In this document: piece after piece, positions 34,804 to 44,972 of the stretch
Position numbering within the stretch: position 1 is the stretch's first letter
Layout of the letters: each line of letters begins with the position of its first letter
Assembly (NCBI GenBank): GCA_039917105.1
Contig: JBDSKE010000003.1
Location: 1 to 54,251 of the forward strand
Length of the DNA: 54,251 bases
Source: Candidatus Eiseniibacteriota bacterium
GTDB taxonomy: Bacteria; Eisenbacteria; RBG-16-71-46
Direction: 5' to 3'
Notes under the pieces: generated by a model
Told to the model about the DNA's origin: nothing
What the model saw: the letters and a program-made list of their open reading frames with translations, nothing else
Database searches by the model: none
Position numbers and translations under genes: made by a program

Positions 34804-37356
34804 TCAGCGGATGCGCACGAAGCGCGCCTGACGCTCCTCGCCTGCTGCGCGCAATCGCACGAAGTACAGCCCCGGTGCAGCGGCGCGGCCCTCGCCGTCA
34901 CGGCCATCCCACAGCAGCAGGTGTTGCCCCGCGCCGAACACGCCGCGCGCAAGCGAACGCACCACGCGCCCCTGAGGATCGATCACGTCGGCCTCGAGTC
35001 GGCCTTCGCTTGGCAGCGACACCTCGAACCGAGTCTCGCCGCGCGAGGGGTTCGGCCAGGGCGAACGCAACGCCAGTTGCGATGAGACGGGTGCCCCCGT
35101 GTTCGGCGCCGATGCCTCATAGAACACCAAGTCGTCGATGGCCGCCTCCACCACGTTGCCCGGCGTCAGGTCGGAGGCGACGAAGCGGATGCGCATCTGG
35201 GCGGTCGGTATCATGAAGTCGCGCACCCGGACGCGCGACTCGGTCCAAGCGTTGTGCAACCCCTGCACGCGCTCCACCAACGTGTAGGTGGTCCCGCCGT
35301 TGCTCGAGAGGTACACATCGAGTGCGTCGGTCGAGTCCGTGGGCGTATTGGTATAGAACCAGCGCCAATACCCGATCACCGGATCGGCGTAGGACGAGAG
35401 GTCGTATACCACCGTGGTGAGCGAGGTCTTGCCGTTATCCACGTCAGCCTGCCCGATCTGCGTGGGATCGGTACCCTGACCCGTCACCCAGCATAGGGTC
35501 CCAGCGCCTGGCGTGCGGTCGTACTCGGGCTGCACCTCACCTGGCGTGGCGGCGCCCTCCTCGGGCTCTTCGTGCATCGGCTGGGCCGGGCCCTTGAGAC
35601 TCGCAAGCGGACCGCCGTCACGCCGCGCTCCCAATCCGGAGCCGGGCTGTGCGCTGCCCGTGCCTATCGGCTCGCCGCGTATCCACAGCCCCGCGGTCGC
35701 ATTGTCGTCCGTTGCACCCACGGTCCAACCGTTCGCGGCCTCCTGCGCGTCGTAGAACGCTGCAGGCGTGAGTTGAAAGTCTCCCATCTCGTAGCCAGGA
35801 CCCACCCGACGCGTGAGTGTGACGGGCACATAGCCGGGTCGGCGCACCTCGACAAGGTAGACATCCTCGGGGACCGCACCCAGCGCGTAGGCGCCCGAGG
35901 CATTTGTCTGTGACGACAGCGGCGTGTCCTTGAGCGTGATCTCGGCACCCTCGAGCACGACTTGCGTGTTGGCGTCGCGAACCACACCACTGACCGCCGT
36001 CGTGGGCTTGGTCTGCAGGGTGAGCGTGACCGGTGTCACAACGCCGGCCGTCACCACGGCGCTGGCGCTGACCGGCTCGTACCCGAAGACTTTGCACGAG
36101 ACGGTGTAGCTGCCCGGCGTGGGTGCGAACTGTAGTACGCCGTCCATGGCGGTCTCGAGTGAATCGCCTTGCGGCGTGAGCCGCACGCGCGCACCCGACA
36201 CCGCCCCCCCACCCGGCTGTGAGATGGCACTCACGCGCAGCAGCCCGTAATCACGGTTCGGCTGGTACACGTACAAGCCGGTCTGCATGTCGCTGGCGAT
36301 CACCAGGCCCGAGGGAAAATAGGGGCACACGCCCCAGACCCCGAAGAAACCGCCCGAAGCACCGGGCCACGAATCCGCCGAAGCGAACTCGGCCGGATGC
36401 ACCGGATCGGAGATGTCCAGCGCGCGGATTCCCTCCGTGTAGTTCGAGAGGTACAACTCGCGCCCCTTCACATGTGCGTTGTGAATAATCGCGTTGGGAT
36501 TCGAGGTCAGGCGATTCACGAGCACGGGCGAAGTGAGCGTGCTGATGTCGAACACCTTGAGCGGCTCGCCATTGACCTCGTCGGTCACATAGAGCGTGTT
36601 GCCCGAACTGTCCGGCCAGGCGTTGTGGGTGAAGCCGCCCGGATAGGTCCAACTGCTCACCAAGGTGGGTGCTGCCGGGTTGGTGAAATCGAACACCCGC
36701 TGGATACCCGCATACACGGACGAACCATACAACCGCGTGCCGATCGGGACGCTGTCGTGGATGTAGTTCTCATTCGTGACAGGCAGCGCGCCGCCCGGCC
36801 ACCAACTGATCTCCACCGGGGCTTCGGGGTTCGCGATCGATAAGATGCGCATGCCGGCGGCCATGCCGGCAGCGTCCCGGGTGCCGTTGCAGATGAGCAG
36901 CTTCCGCGTGGTGTCGACCGAGACGGTGTGCGAGCGCACGAAGGTGCCGGTGTAGGTGGCTGCCAGCACGGGCGCCTCGGGATTCGTCATCCGGATGATC
37001 TGCAGCCCCTGACCGGTACCGGTCCCTTCGGTCACCACATAGATCCAATCACGGTATGATTTCATCTCGCGCCAGATCGAGGTGGGTCCCAGAATGAGTC
37101 CCACGCGATAAGTCGCAGCAGGATTCGTCACATTGTAGATGGCGGTGCCGGCATTGGTCCCGATCACGGCGTATTCTCTGCCATCCGAATGGATGTAGGA
37201 CCAGCATTCCGAGTAGCTGTTGGCAGTTGGGCCCAACGAGAACTCGTTCAGGTGCGCCAGCATCGTGAAATTGCGGGAGACCGGGATCTGCGCCAGCGCC
37301 AGCGACACGCTGGCAAGCGTCGAACACAGGGCGAAAGCCAGGACGCGGAACCTCAT
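34804..37356 (-). CDS. Secreted LVIVD-repeat / choice-of-anchor-B beta-propeller protein with a CarboxypepD_reg-like domain and a C-terminal FlgD-Ig/Por-tail-like domain
   Basis: Signal peptide MRFRVLAFALCSTLASVSLALAQ. Repeated blades IYNVTNPAAP, IIRMTNPEAP, ILSIANPEAP, VFDFTNPAAP and ALDISDPVHP. C-terminal PNPSRGETRFEVSLPSEGRLEADVIDPQGRVVRSL...WDGRDGEGRAAAPGLYFVRL. Confidence 0.85.
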   Translation of the reverse strand: MRFRVLAFALCSTLASVSLALAQIPVSRNFTMLAHLNEFSLGPTANSYSECWSYIHSDGREYAVIGTNAGTAIYNVTNPAATYRVGLILGPTSIWREMKSYRDWIYVVTEGTGTGQGLQIIRMTNPEAPVLAATYTGTFVRSHTVSVDTTRKLLICNGTRDAAGMAAGMRILSIANPEAPVEISWWPGGALPVTNENYIHDSVPIGTRLYGSSVYAGIQRVFDFTNPAAPTLVSSWTYPGGFTHNAWPDSSGNTLYVTDEVNGEPLKVFDISTLTSPVLVNRLTSNPNAIIHNAHVKGRELYLSNYTEGIRALDISDPVHPAEFASADSWPGASGGFFGVWGVCPYFPSGLVIASDMQTGLYVYQPNRDYGLLRVSAISQPGGGAVSGARVRLTPQGDSLETAMDGVLQFAPTPGSYTVSCKVFGYEPVSASAVVTAGVVTPVTLTLQTKPTTAVSGVVRDANTQVVLEGAEITLKDTPLSSQTNASGAYALGAVPEDVYLVEVRRPGYVPVTLTRRVGPGYEMGDFQLTPAAFYDAQEAANGWTVGATDDNATAGLWIRGEPIGTGSAQPGSGLGARRDGGPLASLKGPAQPMHEEPEEGAATPGEVQPEYDRTPGAGTLCWVTGQGTDPTQIGQADVDNGKTSLTTVVYDLSSYADPVIGYWRWFYTNTPTDSTDALDVYLSSNGGTTYTLVERVQGLHNAWTESRVRVRDFMIPTAQMRIRFVASDLTPGNVVEAAIDDLVFYEASAPNTGAPVSSQLALRSPWPNPSRGETRFEVSLPSEGRLEADVIDPQGRVVRSLARGVFGAGQHLLLWDGRDGEGRAAAPGLYFVRLRAAGEERQARFVRIR

Positions 37357-37475
37357 CGTACGGGGATCTCCTCATATTGGGGCAGTGGGATGGCAACCCA
37401 AGCATAGCCCGGGGGACGCTCAGCCTGTTAGATTCCTTCCGCGCCCATTTGGTTCAGCCCCCCAAAGGACCCCCC

Positions 37476-38996
37476 ATGAGCCTCTCCCGCCGCCAGTTCC
37501 TGCGCACTTCGCTGCTCGCCGGGGCTGCCACACTCGTGCCAACACAACTCGCTTACCTGCTTGCGGGGGACGCCCGGGCAGGGTCCCTCGATTCGCTGCT
37601 CACGCAGGTCTCGGGCGGTCCCGGTGCTCGGGCGGTGGGGTATGGGCCGCTCCGCCCGGACCCTGACGGGTTGCTGGACCTGCCGGCGGGGTTCCGATAC
37701 CAAGTGCTCTCGCCCGGCGTGCTCGAGAGCGACCATGCGCGCGAACTGCGCTTCGCCAGCATCCTCAGCAATGGCGACGCCACCCCGCCGCAACATGATG
37801 GCATGGCGGCGTTCGCGGGCCCCAAGGGCATGACCATCCTGGTGCGCAATCACGAACTGAACCCATGGGACAGGCCACTGCTCGACCCGGCTCGCATGCG
37901 GGCTTACGACGCCAAGGCGGGCGGGGGCACCACCACGCTGTGGGTGGACCGCGACCGACGCCTGGTGAACTCGTTCGCGAGCCTGTCGGGCACGCTGCGC
38001 AACTGCGCGGGCGGCGCTACTCCTTGGGGCTCGTGGATCAGCGCCGAGGAGTGCGTGTACCTGCCGGGCAAGCTCGATCCGCGCAACACCGACCTGACGC
38101 CCGATGTGGCGGAACGGCACGGCTACCTGTTCGAGGTCGACGCGAGCGCCACCTCGCTGGTGGAGCCAAAGCCCCTGCGCGAGATGGGCCGCTTCCGACA
38201 CGAGGCGGTCGCGGTCGATCCGCGCACGGGATTCGCCTACCTCACCGAGGACCGCGATGACGGGCTGCTGTATCGGTTCCGGCCGCAGGTGGTGACGCGC
38301 GGCCAGACAGCACCGGCGCGCCTCGCCGTGGGCGACTACGCCCGCGGCGGCACGTTGGAAGCGTTGCGGATCATCGGAACGCCGCAGGCGATAACAAGCA
38401 ATCATGAAGGATCAGCAGTGTTCACGCGCGGGCGTTCGCACCGTGTGGACTGGGTGCCCATCGCCCAGCCCGATCCGGATTGCGATACCGAACGCGATCC
38501 CGCGGACACGAATCCCGACCCGCAGAAGCGCCGCATGCGTACCGCCGCCGGGAGCACCCGCGCACAAGGCTTTTCCGCCGGCGCGGCGCAGTTCTCGAGG
38601 TGCGAGGGAATCATCCATCACGGCGGTGCGATTTACTGGAGCGCGACGGATGGCGGCCGCACCAAGGCGGGCCAGGTCTGGCGGTTGGAGCCGGCAAGGC
38701 AACGGCTGACGCTGGTGGTGGAACCCAATGAGATGGCCCGCCTGGACATGCCCGACAACCTCTGCGTCGGCGTCAATGGCGACGTCCTCGCGTGCGAGGA
38801 TGGCTCGGGCGACAACTTCCTCGTGGGCATCACGCCGCGCGGCACGCTGTATCCGCTCGCGCGCAACGCCCATCCCCTCAAGCGCGAGCTGGCGGGTTGT
38901 TGCTTCTCGCCGGATGGTCGCACGCTCTTCTTGAACCTGCAGCAGCCGGGAATCACCTTCGCGGTGTGGGGTCCGTGGGCTCGTCGTCGTGCGTGA
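37476..38996 (+). CDS. phoX: PhoX-type (DUF839) alkaline phosphatase with a Tat signal
   Basis: MSLSRRQFLRTSLLAGAATLV (twin-arginine). Motifs HDGMAAF, VRNHE, NCAGGATPWGSWISAEE, GYLFEV, GRFRHEAVAVDP, YLTEDRDDGLLYRF and PDGRTLFLNLQ. Confidence 0.9.
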   Translation: MSLSRRQFLRTSLLAGAATLVPTQLAYLLAGDARAGSLDSLLTQVSGGPGARAVGYGPLRPDPDGLLDLPAGFRYQVLSPGVLESDHARELRFASILSNGDATPPQHDGMAAFAGPKGMTILVRNHELNPWDRPLLDPARMRAYDAKAGGGTTTLWVDRDRRLVNSFASLSGTLRNCAGGATPWGSWISAEECVYLPGKLDPRNTDLTPDVAERHGYLFEVDASATSLVEPKPLREMGRFRHEAVAVDPRTGFAYLTEDRDDGLLYRFRPQVVTRGQTAPARLAVGDYARGGTLEALRIIGTPQAITSNHEGSAVFTRGRSHRVDWVPIAQPDPDCDTERDPADTNPDPQKRRMRTAAGSTRAQGFSAGAAQFSRCEGIIHHGGAIYWSATDGGRTKAGQVWRLEPARQRLTLVVEPNEMARLDMPDNLCVGVNGDVLACEDGSGDNFLVGITPRGTLYPLARNAHPLKRELAGCCFSPDGRTLFLNLQQPGITFAVWGPWARRRA

Positions 38997-39341
38997 GCAT
39001 CGGGAATGCACGCCACTCGATCGATCCGCTCGCGAACTCGCGCCGCGCTCTTGATGCGCGCGGCGATGCGCAGTCAAGAGAAGAAATCGGCAGATACGAC
39101 GCGTGAATCTTCGGGCTTGTGGCGGTGTGTACTCCCGATGGTATAAACCAATCCACCGTTGACGCGGCTCTTTCCCTCGGCGTCGACGGCGAACTCGAGT
39201 CCAATCTGTCTCCGAATGGTTCAGCCACGACGGCCTCACGATGAGGCCCGATTGCTCGGTCGCCGTCCCGGCCGAACCGCCCCACCTTTCATGGAAGCAG
39301 CCTAGCCGCTTGCTTTCGCCGCGGACCAGGGAGGTCCAGTG

Positions 39342-42300
39342 ATGTCGAATCCCTACGTTCAGGATGCCGCAGCTCCCGCCTCGAACACCGCCGCCACGGC
39401 AACGAATGCCGGCCTTCGCGTGCCCCGTCATTTCACTCGTCCCGGCATCGACCCGCTGGATGAGGTGAGATGGGACAAGCGCAAAACGGTCATCCAGAAC
39501 CCCGATGGTTCCGTCGTATTCAAGATGGACGCCGTCGAAGTGCCGGCGGATTGGTCGCAACTCGCCACGGACATCGTGGTGAGCAAATACTTCCGCAAGG
39601 CCGGCCTACCCGGGACGCCGGGCCACGAGACCAGCGTCCGACAGGTGGTCACCCGCCTCGCACGCACCCTGCGCGTGGCAGGCGAGGCGCAGGGTGGGTA
39701 CTTCGCCACGGCCGAGGATGCCTTGGCATTCGAGGCCGAGCTCTCGTACATGCTGGTGCACCAGATCGGCGCGTTCAACTCGCCGGTCTGGTTCAACTGC
39801 GGCCTGTTCCACGAATACGGGATCGTCGGTTCGGGCGGCAGCTTCGCCGTGGACCTTGCCACCAACACCGTGCAGATGACCACGGACTCGTATTCGCGTC
39901 CCCAGGTCTCGGCCTGCTTCATCCAATCGGTGGGCGATGATCTCATGTCCATTTTCGAGCTGGTCAAGAACGAGGCGCGCGTCTTCAAGTACGGCTCGGG
40001 CACCGGCACCAACTTCAGCAAGCTGCGCGGTCGTATGGAGAAACTTTCGGGCGGCGGGACGTCGTCGGGCCTGATGAGCTTTCTCGAAGTGCTCGATCGC
40101 GGCGCAGGCGCCACCAAGTCGGGCGGCACCACGCGGCGCGCGGCCAAGATGGTCGTGCTCGACATGGACCACCCCGAGATCCTCGACTTCGTGCGCTGGA
40201 AAATGCGTGAGGAGCAGAAGGTCGCCGCGCTCGTCGCCGCGGGCTACTCGTCGGACTTCAACGGCGAGGCCTACGCCACGGTGTCGGGGCAGAACTCGAA
40301 CAACTCCATCCGCGTACCGGATTCATTCATGAACGCGCTCGAGACCGACGGCCCCTGGAGCACGCGACTGCGCACCACCGGCGAAGCCTACGAGACCATG
40401 CCGGCGCGCCAGATGTGGCGCACGGTGGCCGAAGCGGCGTGGGCTTGCGCAGATCCGGGCGTGCAATTCGACGACACCATCCAGAAGTGGCACACCTGTA
40501 GCGGGACGGATCGCATCCATGCAACCAACCCGTGCAGCGAATTCGTGTTCCTGGATGACACGGCTTGCAACCTGGCCTCGGTCAATCTCATGAAGTTCCG
40601 CGATCAGAACGGCTCGTTCGATATCGAGGGTTACCGCCACGCGAATCGGGTGTTCTTCCTGGCGCAGGAGATCGCGGTGAGTTTCGCCTCGTACCCGACC
40701 GAGCGGATTGCGCGCAACTCCGAGGACTTCCGCCCGCTGGGGTTGGGTTACGCCAACCTCGGCACGCTGCTGATGGTCGAGGGCCTGCCCTACGACAGTG
40801 ACGGCGCGCGCGCGTACGCCGCAGCGATCACGGCCATGATGACGGGTGAGGCGTATGCCCTGTCGGCCGAGATGGCCGCCAGCAAGGGCCCGTTCCGCGG
40901 CTACGAGAAGAACACCGACAGTATGATGCGCGTGATGAAACAACATCGTGATGCGGCCCGCGCCATCGACCCGGCGCTCGCGCCGCGTGCGATGCGCTCG
41001 GCGGCGATTGAAACGTGGGACCGCGCGGTGGCGTATGGCTCATTGCACGGTTATCGCAACTCGCAGGCCACGGTGCTCGCACCGACCGGCACCATCGGCC
41101 TGCTCATGGATTGCGATACCACGGGGGTCGAGCCTGACTTCGCGCTGGTCAAGTTCAAGAAGTTGGCCGGCGGAGGCTACTTCAAGATCGTCAACCAGTC
41201 CGTGCCGTTGGCCTTGGAACGCCTCGGCTACGACGCCACCGAACGCGAACGCATCATCCGCTACGCCATCGGTCACGGCACGCTCCAGGGCGCGCCTCAC
41301 ATCGATGAACCCGCTCTGCACAACAAGGGGCTGCGCGAAGCCGAAATCGCCGGCATCGAGAAGGTCCTGCCGAACGTGCTCGACGTGCGCCAGGCCTTTG
41401 GCCGCGGCATCGTCACCGATGAAACGCTCACACGCTTGGGAGTTTCGGGTGCCGAGCGCGAGAAGCCCGGCTTCAGCGTCCTGCCGTTCCTGGGCTTCAC
41501 GGAACAGCAGATTGACGAAGCCAACCTGTACATCTGCGGCACCCAGACGGTCGAAGGCGCGCCCGGGCTGAAGCAGGACCACCTCGCGGCATTCGACTGC
41601 GCGAATCGTTGCGGCAACAAGGGCACCCGCTTCATCCAGCCGATGGGTCATGTCCGCATGATGGGCGCCGTGCAGCCGTTCATCTCCGGCGCCATCAGCA
41701 AGACCGTGAACATGCCCCATGAGTCGTCGGTCGATGACGTGGAAGACATCTACTCACAGTCCTGGAAGCTGGGGATCAAGGCGGTGGCGCTGTATCGCGA
41801 CGGCTGCAAGATGAGCCAGCCGCTTGTCACCTCCAAGAAGAAGGAAGACGACAAGCCCGCCATCGAGACCGACAGCCCCTCACCGGCCAAGCTGCACCGT
41901 CGCCGCCTGCCGAGCCGTCGTCACGGTTTCACGCAGGAAGCGCGGATCGCCGGCCACAAGGTGTTCCTGCGCACGGGGGAGTACGAGGACGGCACCCCGG
42001 GCGAGATCTTCATCGACATGCACAAGGAAGGCGCGGCGTTCCGTAGCATGATGAACTGCTTCGCCATCTCGGTCTCCATGGGAATGCAATACGGTGTGCC
42101 GCTCGAGGACTTGGTCGATCAATTCTGCTTCACGCGCTTCGAACCGCACGGTCGCGTGGACGGACACGAGAACATCAAGGTTGCCACCAGCGTCATCGAC
42201 TATGTGTTCCGCGTGCTCGGGGTCGAGTACCTGGACCGGCGCGACCTCGCCCACGTGTTCCCCGAAGAACCGCCGATCGGCGACCTCATCCCGGTGGAGC

Positions 42301-42551
42301 CCAAGCAGCACGCGACGGGAGTCTTGGTGGGCAAGGAGCATCGTCAGGCCGCGCGGGCGCAGAACGGAGTGCGCAATCGCTTTGTCGATGCCGAACGCGA
42401 GGTCATGCAGGCGAATGCGCCAGCAGCCTCTCCCGTCCCGATGAAGGCCACAGGCGATACTCCGTCATGCACCACGTGCGGACATGTGACCATCCGCAAC
42501 GGCACCTGTTTCAAATGCCTCAACTGCGGCACATCGATCGGGTGTTCGTGA
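39342..42551 (+). CDS. nrdJ: Class II (adenosylcobalamin-dependent) ribonucleotide reductase with a C-terminal zinc ribbon
   Basis: GGGAGG lies 7 nt upstream of ATG 39342 (GTG 39339 is also in frame). Motifs SPVWFNCG, SACFI, GSGTGTNFS, active-site NPCSEFVFLDDTACNLASVNL and ISKTVNMP. C-terminal CTTCGHVTIRNGTCFKCLNCG. Confidence 0.96.
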   Translation: MSNPYVQDAAAPASNTAATATNAGLRVPRHFTRPGIDPLDEVRWDKRKTVIQNPDGSVVFKMDAVEVPADWSQLATDIVVSKYFRKAGLPGTPGHETSVRQVVTRLARTLRVAGEAQGGYFATAEDALAFEAELSYMLVHQIGAFNSPVWFNCGLFHEYGIVGSGGSFAVDLATNTVQMTTDSYSRPQVSACFIQSVGDDLMSIFELVKNEARVFKYGSGTGTNFSKLRGRMEKLSGGGTSSGLMSFLEVLDRGAGATKSGGTTRRAAKMVVLDMDHPEILDFVRWKMREEQKVAALVAAGYSSDFNGEAYATVSGQNSNNSIRVPDSFMNALETDGPWSTRLRTTGEAYETMPARQMWRTVAEAAWACADPGVQFDDTIQKWHTCSGTDRIHATNPCSEFVFLDDTACNLASVNLMKFRDQNGSFDIEGYRHANRVFFLAQEIAVSFASYPTERIARNSEDFRPLGLGYANLGTLLMVEGLPYDSDGARAYAAAITAMMTGEAYALSAEMAASKGPFRGYEKNTDSMMRVMKQHRDAARAIDPALAPRAMRSAAIETWDRAVAYGSLHGYRNSQATVLAPTGTIGLLMDCDTTGVEPDFALVKFKKLAGGGYFKIVNQSVPLALERLGYDATERERIIRYAIGHGTLQGAPHIDEPALHNKGLREAEIAGIEKVLPNVLDVRQAFGRGIVTDETLTRLGVSGAEREKPGFSVLPFLGFTEQQIDEANLYICGTQTVEGAPGLKQDHLAAFDCANRCGNKGTRFIQPMGHVRMMGAVQPFISGAISKTVNMPHESSVDDVEDIYSQSWKLGIKAVALYRDGCKMSQPLVTSKKKEDDKPAIETDSPSPAKLHRRRLPSRRHGFTQEARIAGHKVFLRTGEYEDGTPGEIFIDMHKEGAAFRSMMNCFAISVSMGMQYGVPLEDLVDQFCFTRFEPHGRVDGHENIKVATSVIDYVFRVLGVEYLDRRDLAHVFPEEPPIGDLIPVEPKQHATGVLVGKEHRQAARAQNGVRNRFVDAEREVMQANAPAASPVPMKATGDTPSCTTCGHVTIRNGTCFKCLNCGTSIGCS

Positions 42552-42581
42552 TCGAATGACGGGCCGGGAGAAGTGATGCGA

Positions 42582-42609
42582 GGGGCGGGACCCATGCGGG
42601 TTCCGCCCC
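42582..42609. terminator. GC-rich hairpin between convergent nrdJ and the methyltransferase gene (terminator-like, no clear U-tract)
   Basis: ggggcgggaccc / atgc / gggttccgcccc forms a 12-bp stem including one G-U pair. Confidence 0.45.
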
Positions 42610-42669
42610 CATCGCTTGTTCGCCGCAACCCCGCAGAGAAGGGGTCCCCTGCAGGCTCGGTGTTCCCGC

Positions 42670-43689
42670 TCATCGCCCCGCGCCAACCCCCGCGCATTCC
42701 ACCACGAACAGGTGCTCGCGATTGTTTGCCGCTCCGGGCTTGCCCACCTTTTCGCCGGAGGGGTTGTAGACGCCCAGACGATGCCCGATGTGGCGCGGTT
42801 GTTGGAACGCCACCTCGCGCACCTCACCGCGCTCGGACAGCATGGCCCGCAGGTCCGGCAGCGACAGATGGCCCTCATCGCTGAAGGACACCACCAAGAA
42901 GCGGGCCCGCACACGCTCCAGCACCAAGGCCAGCGCGCCCGCGATCTGGCCCCGCCGGTTGAATGCGCTTGGACGCTGGCGCACATCCACGCGTTTGCAG
43001 GCGACACCGTACACGGCGGGTTTGTCCCAGAGTACGAGCGATTCCCACACATGATAATTGCCCAGATAGCTGTGCTGATTATACGGCGGATCCAGATAGA
43101 CGAGGTCGGCTTCATAACGCTCGGCAGCCACCGTCGCATCCAGGCATGACGCGGAGCCCTCGCCGTCGAGCAGTTCCGGCAGGCGCAGTTGCAGCGGCTG
43201 GTGGGACCGCGCCGCCCATTGCTTCAAGTACGCCATCTGCAGCCCGACGGTGGAGTCGACGCGGTCCGCAGCCTCCATCAGGCTCACCAGCGCAATGGCC
43301 TCGAGCCTTGGCTCCAGCGACAGCGCGGAGATCCGCTCTCGGATCGCGTCCACACGGGCGCCGTTGGCGGGCTGCAGATAGCGCGACGCCAGGCAGAAGG
43401 TCTCCGTGAACCAGCCGGCCTTGCCCGCGAGTGCGTCCAGCTCCCCGATCACTCGCTCCGCCCGCAAACGCCACCGCCCCGCATCGGCGCCCACATAGCA
43501 CGACGCAAGCACGTGCGCGTAGGCGTTGTGATCGTTCGCGTGCACTCGCAGCCCCAGACGCTTGAGCGCTTGGCCCACTCGGGCAGTTCCCGAGAATAGG
43601 TCCAGCGCCGTGCGCACCCCCTGAAGCGGCGCGACCGCCTCGAGGATATGTGGCAGCAACCGACGTTTGGAGCCGAGATACTTGATCAT
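42670..43689 (-). CDS. D12-class N6-adenine DNA methyltransferase, with no cognate nuclease visible
   Basis: ATG 43689 has GGAGG 5 nt upstream. N-terminus MIKYLGSKRRLLPHIL. SAM motif DLFSGTARVG. Catalytic motif VYLDPPYNQHSY. The 591-aa ORF in the track is an artefactual upstream extension antisense to cax. Confidence 0.9.
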   Translation of the reverse strand: MIKYLGSKRRLLPHILEAVAPLQGVRTALDLFSGTARVGQALKRLGLRVHANDHNAYAHVLASCYVGADAGRWRLRAERVIGELDALAGKAGWFTETFCLASRYLQPANGARVDAIRERISALSLEPRLEAIALVSLMEAADRVDSTVGLQMAYLKQWAARSHQPLQLRLPELLDGEGSASCLDATVAAERYEADLVYLDPPYNQHSYLGNYHVWESLVLWDKPAVYGVACKRVDVRQRPSAFNRRGQIAGALALVLERVRARFLVVSFSDEGHLSLPDLRAMLSERGEVREVAFQQPRHIGHRLGVYNPSGEKVGKPGAANNREHLFVVECAGVGAGR

Positions 43690-43816
43690 GTGGACCTCCG
43701 TGTCCGCGATTGACGCGGATACAATACCGCATGGGTGCAGGACGATGCGCGCACGAATCCCACGTGAGTGACCCGCCCTTGCGAGCCCCAGTCGCTCTAC
43801 GGCACAGTGCGCCTCC

Positions 43817-44938
43817 ATGAGCGCACGCGCTGCTGCCCCACCCACGATCTTCGCGCCCCAGCACATCCTCAAGCTGTTGCTGGTATTCGTCGTCATCGCC
43901 CCGCTCGCAGAGTTCCTGCACTGGGGTGCATTGCCGGTGTTCGCCTGCAGCGCGCTCGCAATCATCCCGCTCGCGGGAATCATGGGCGAGGCCACCGAGC
44001 AACTCGCCGCGCGCATGGGTGCGGGAGTGGGCGGATTGCTCAACGCCACCTTCGGTAATGCCGCCGAGTTGATCATCGCGATGATGGCACTGCACAAGGG
44101 CCTGTACGACGTGGTCAAGGCGTCGCTGACGGGGTCCATCATCGGCAATGTGCTGCTGGTGCTCGGACTCTCGATGGTCGCCGGCGGGTTCAGGCGCGAG
44201 CACCAGCGGTTCGATCGCGCGGCCGCAGCGGCCAGCGCCACCCTACTCATGCTCGCCGCCATCAGCTTGATCGTGCCAGCGGTGTTCCATTTCGTCGCCG
44301 AGGGAGCCGTCGCGCAACACAAACTCTCGCTCGTTCGCGAAGTCGCGATCGAGCGCAGCCTCTCGCTCGAGATTGCCATCGTGCTCGCCGTGTCGTACGT
44401 CCTGAGCCTGCTGTTCACGCTCAAGACCCACAAGCACTTGTACACCGGCGCCGCCGGGGATCACGAGCAGGAACCGGCCAACATCGGCCGCGCGGTGGTC
44501 ATGCTGTTGATCGCGACGGCGTTCGTGGCATGGATGAGTGAGATGCTGGTGGGCGCGGTCGAGGAGACCTCGCACGCGCTGGGCTTGACCGAGGTGTTCG
44601 TGGGCGTGGTCGTGGTGGCCATCATCGGCAATGCGGCCGAGCACTCCACCGCGGTGCTCATGGCTGTGAAGGGCAAGATGGACCTGGCGCTCAACATCGC
44701 CATCGGCTCGTCCATCCAGATCGCCCTATTCGTGGCCCCCTTGCTGGTATTCGCCTCGTACGCCATGCCCAAAGGCCCCATGGACCTGCGCTTCAGCCCC
44801 TTCGAGGTGCTGGCCGTGCTGGCCGCCGTAGGCGTGGTGAACCTGGTGTCACAGGACGGCGAGTCCAATTGGCTTGAAGGGGCACTGCTCCTCGCGGTCT
44901 ACTTGGTATTAGCGATCGCATTCTACTTCCTGCCCTGA
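43817..44938 (+). CDS. cax: Ca2+/H+ antiporter (CaCA family)
   Basis: Both alpha-repeat signatures are present: [13 protein letters not shown] and [13 protein letters not shown]. About 11 hydrophobic segments. Confidence 0.92.
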   Translation: MSARAAAPPTIFAPQHILKLLLVFVVIAPLAEFLHWGALPVFACSALAIIPLAGIMGEATEQLAARMGAGVGGLLNATFGNAAELIIAMMALHKGLYDVVKASLTGSIIGNVLLVLGLSMVAGGFRREHQRFDRAAAAASATLLMLAAISLIVPAVFHFVAEGAVAQHKLSLVREVAIERSLSLEIAIVLAVSYVLSLLFTLKTHKHLYTGAAGDHEQEPANIGRAVVMLLIATAFVAWMSEMLVGAVEETSHALGLTEVFVGVVVVAIIGNAAEHSTAVLMAVKGKMDLALNIAIGSSIQIALFVAPLLVFASYAMPKGPMDLRFSPFEVLAVLAAVGVVNLVSQDGESNWLEGALLLAVYLVLAIAFYFLP

Positions 44939-44972
44939 TTCCCCCGTCCCGCTCCACGGAGGTCCATCGTTC

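Noticed and set aside
38997-39341. Cobalamin riboswitch or NrdR boxes upstream of nrdJ
   Set aside because: I could not find the B12-box/GCCACUG-type core in a proper context (only gccacgac), nor a pair of AT-rich 16-bp NrdR palindromes. The region is kept only as an unclassified structured leader. An Infernal scan would be decisive.
39342-42551. An intein or mobile insertion in the 1069-aa NrdJ
   Set aside because: No intein splice-junction blocks or homing-endonuclease motifs are visible. The catalytic NPCSEF region is contiguous. The extra length is accounted for by the N-terminal region and the C-terminal Zn-ribbon extension seen in long NrdJ forms.
42670-44445. The 591-aa ORF treated as a single large methyltransferase
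   Set aside because: The N-terminal 252 codons are antisense to the cax gene and have junk-like composition. A GGAGG-ATG at 43689 starts exactly at the conserved MIKYLGSKRR N-terminus.
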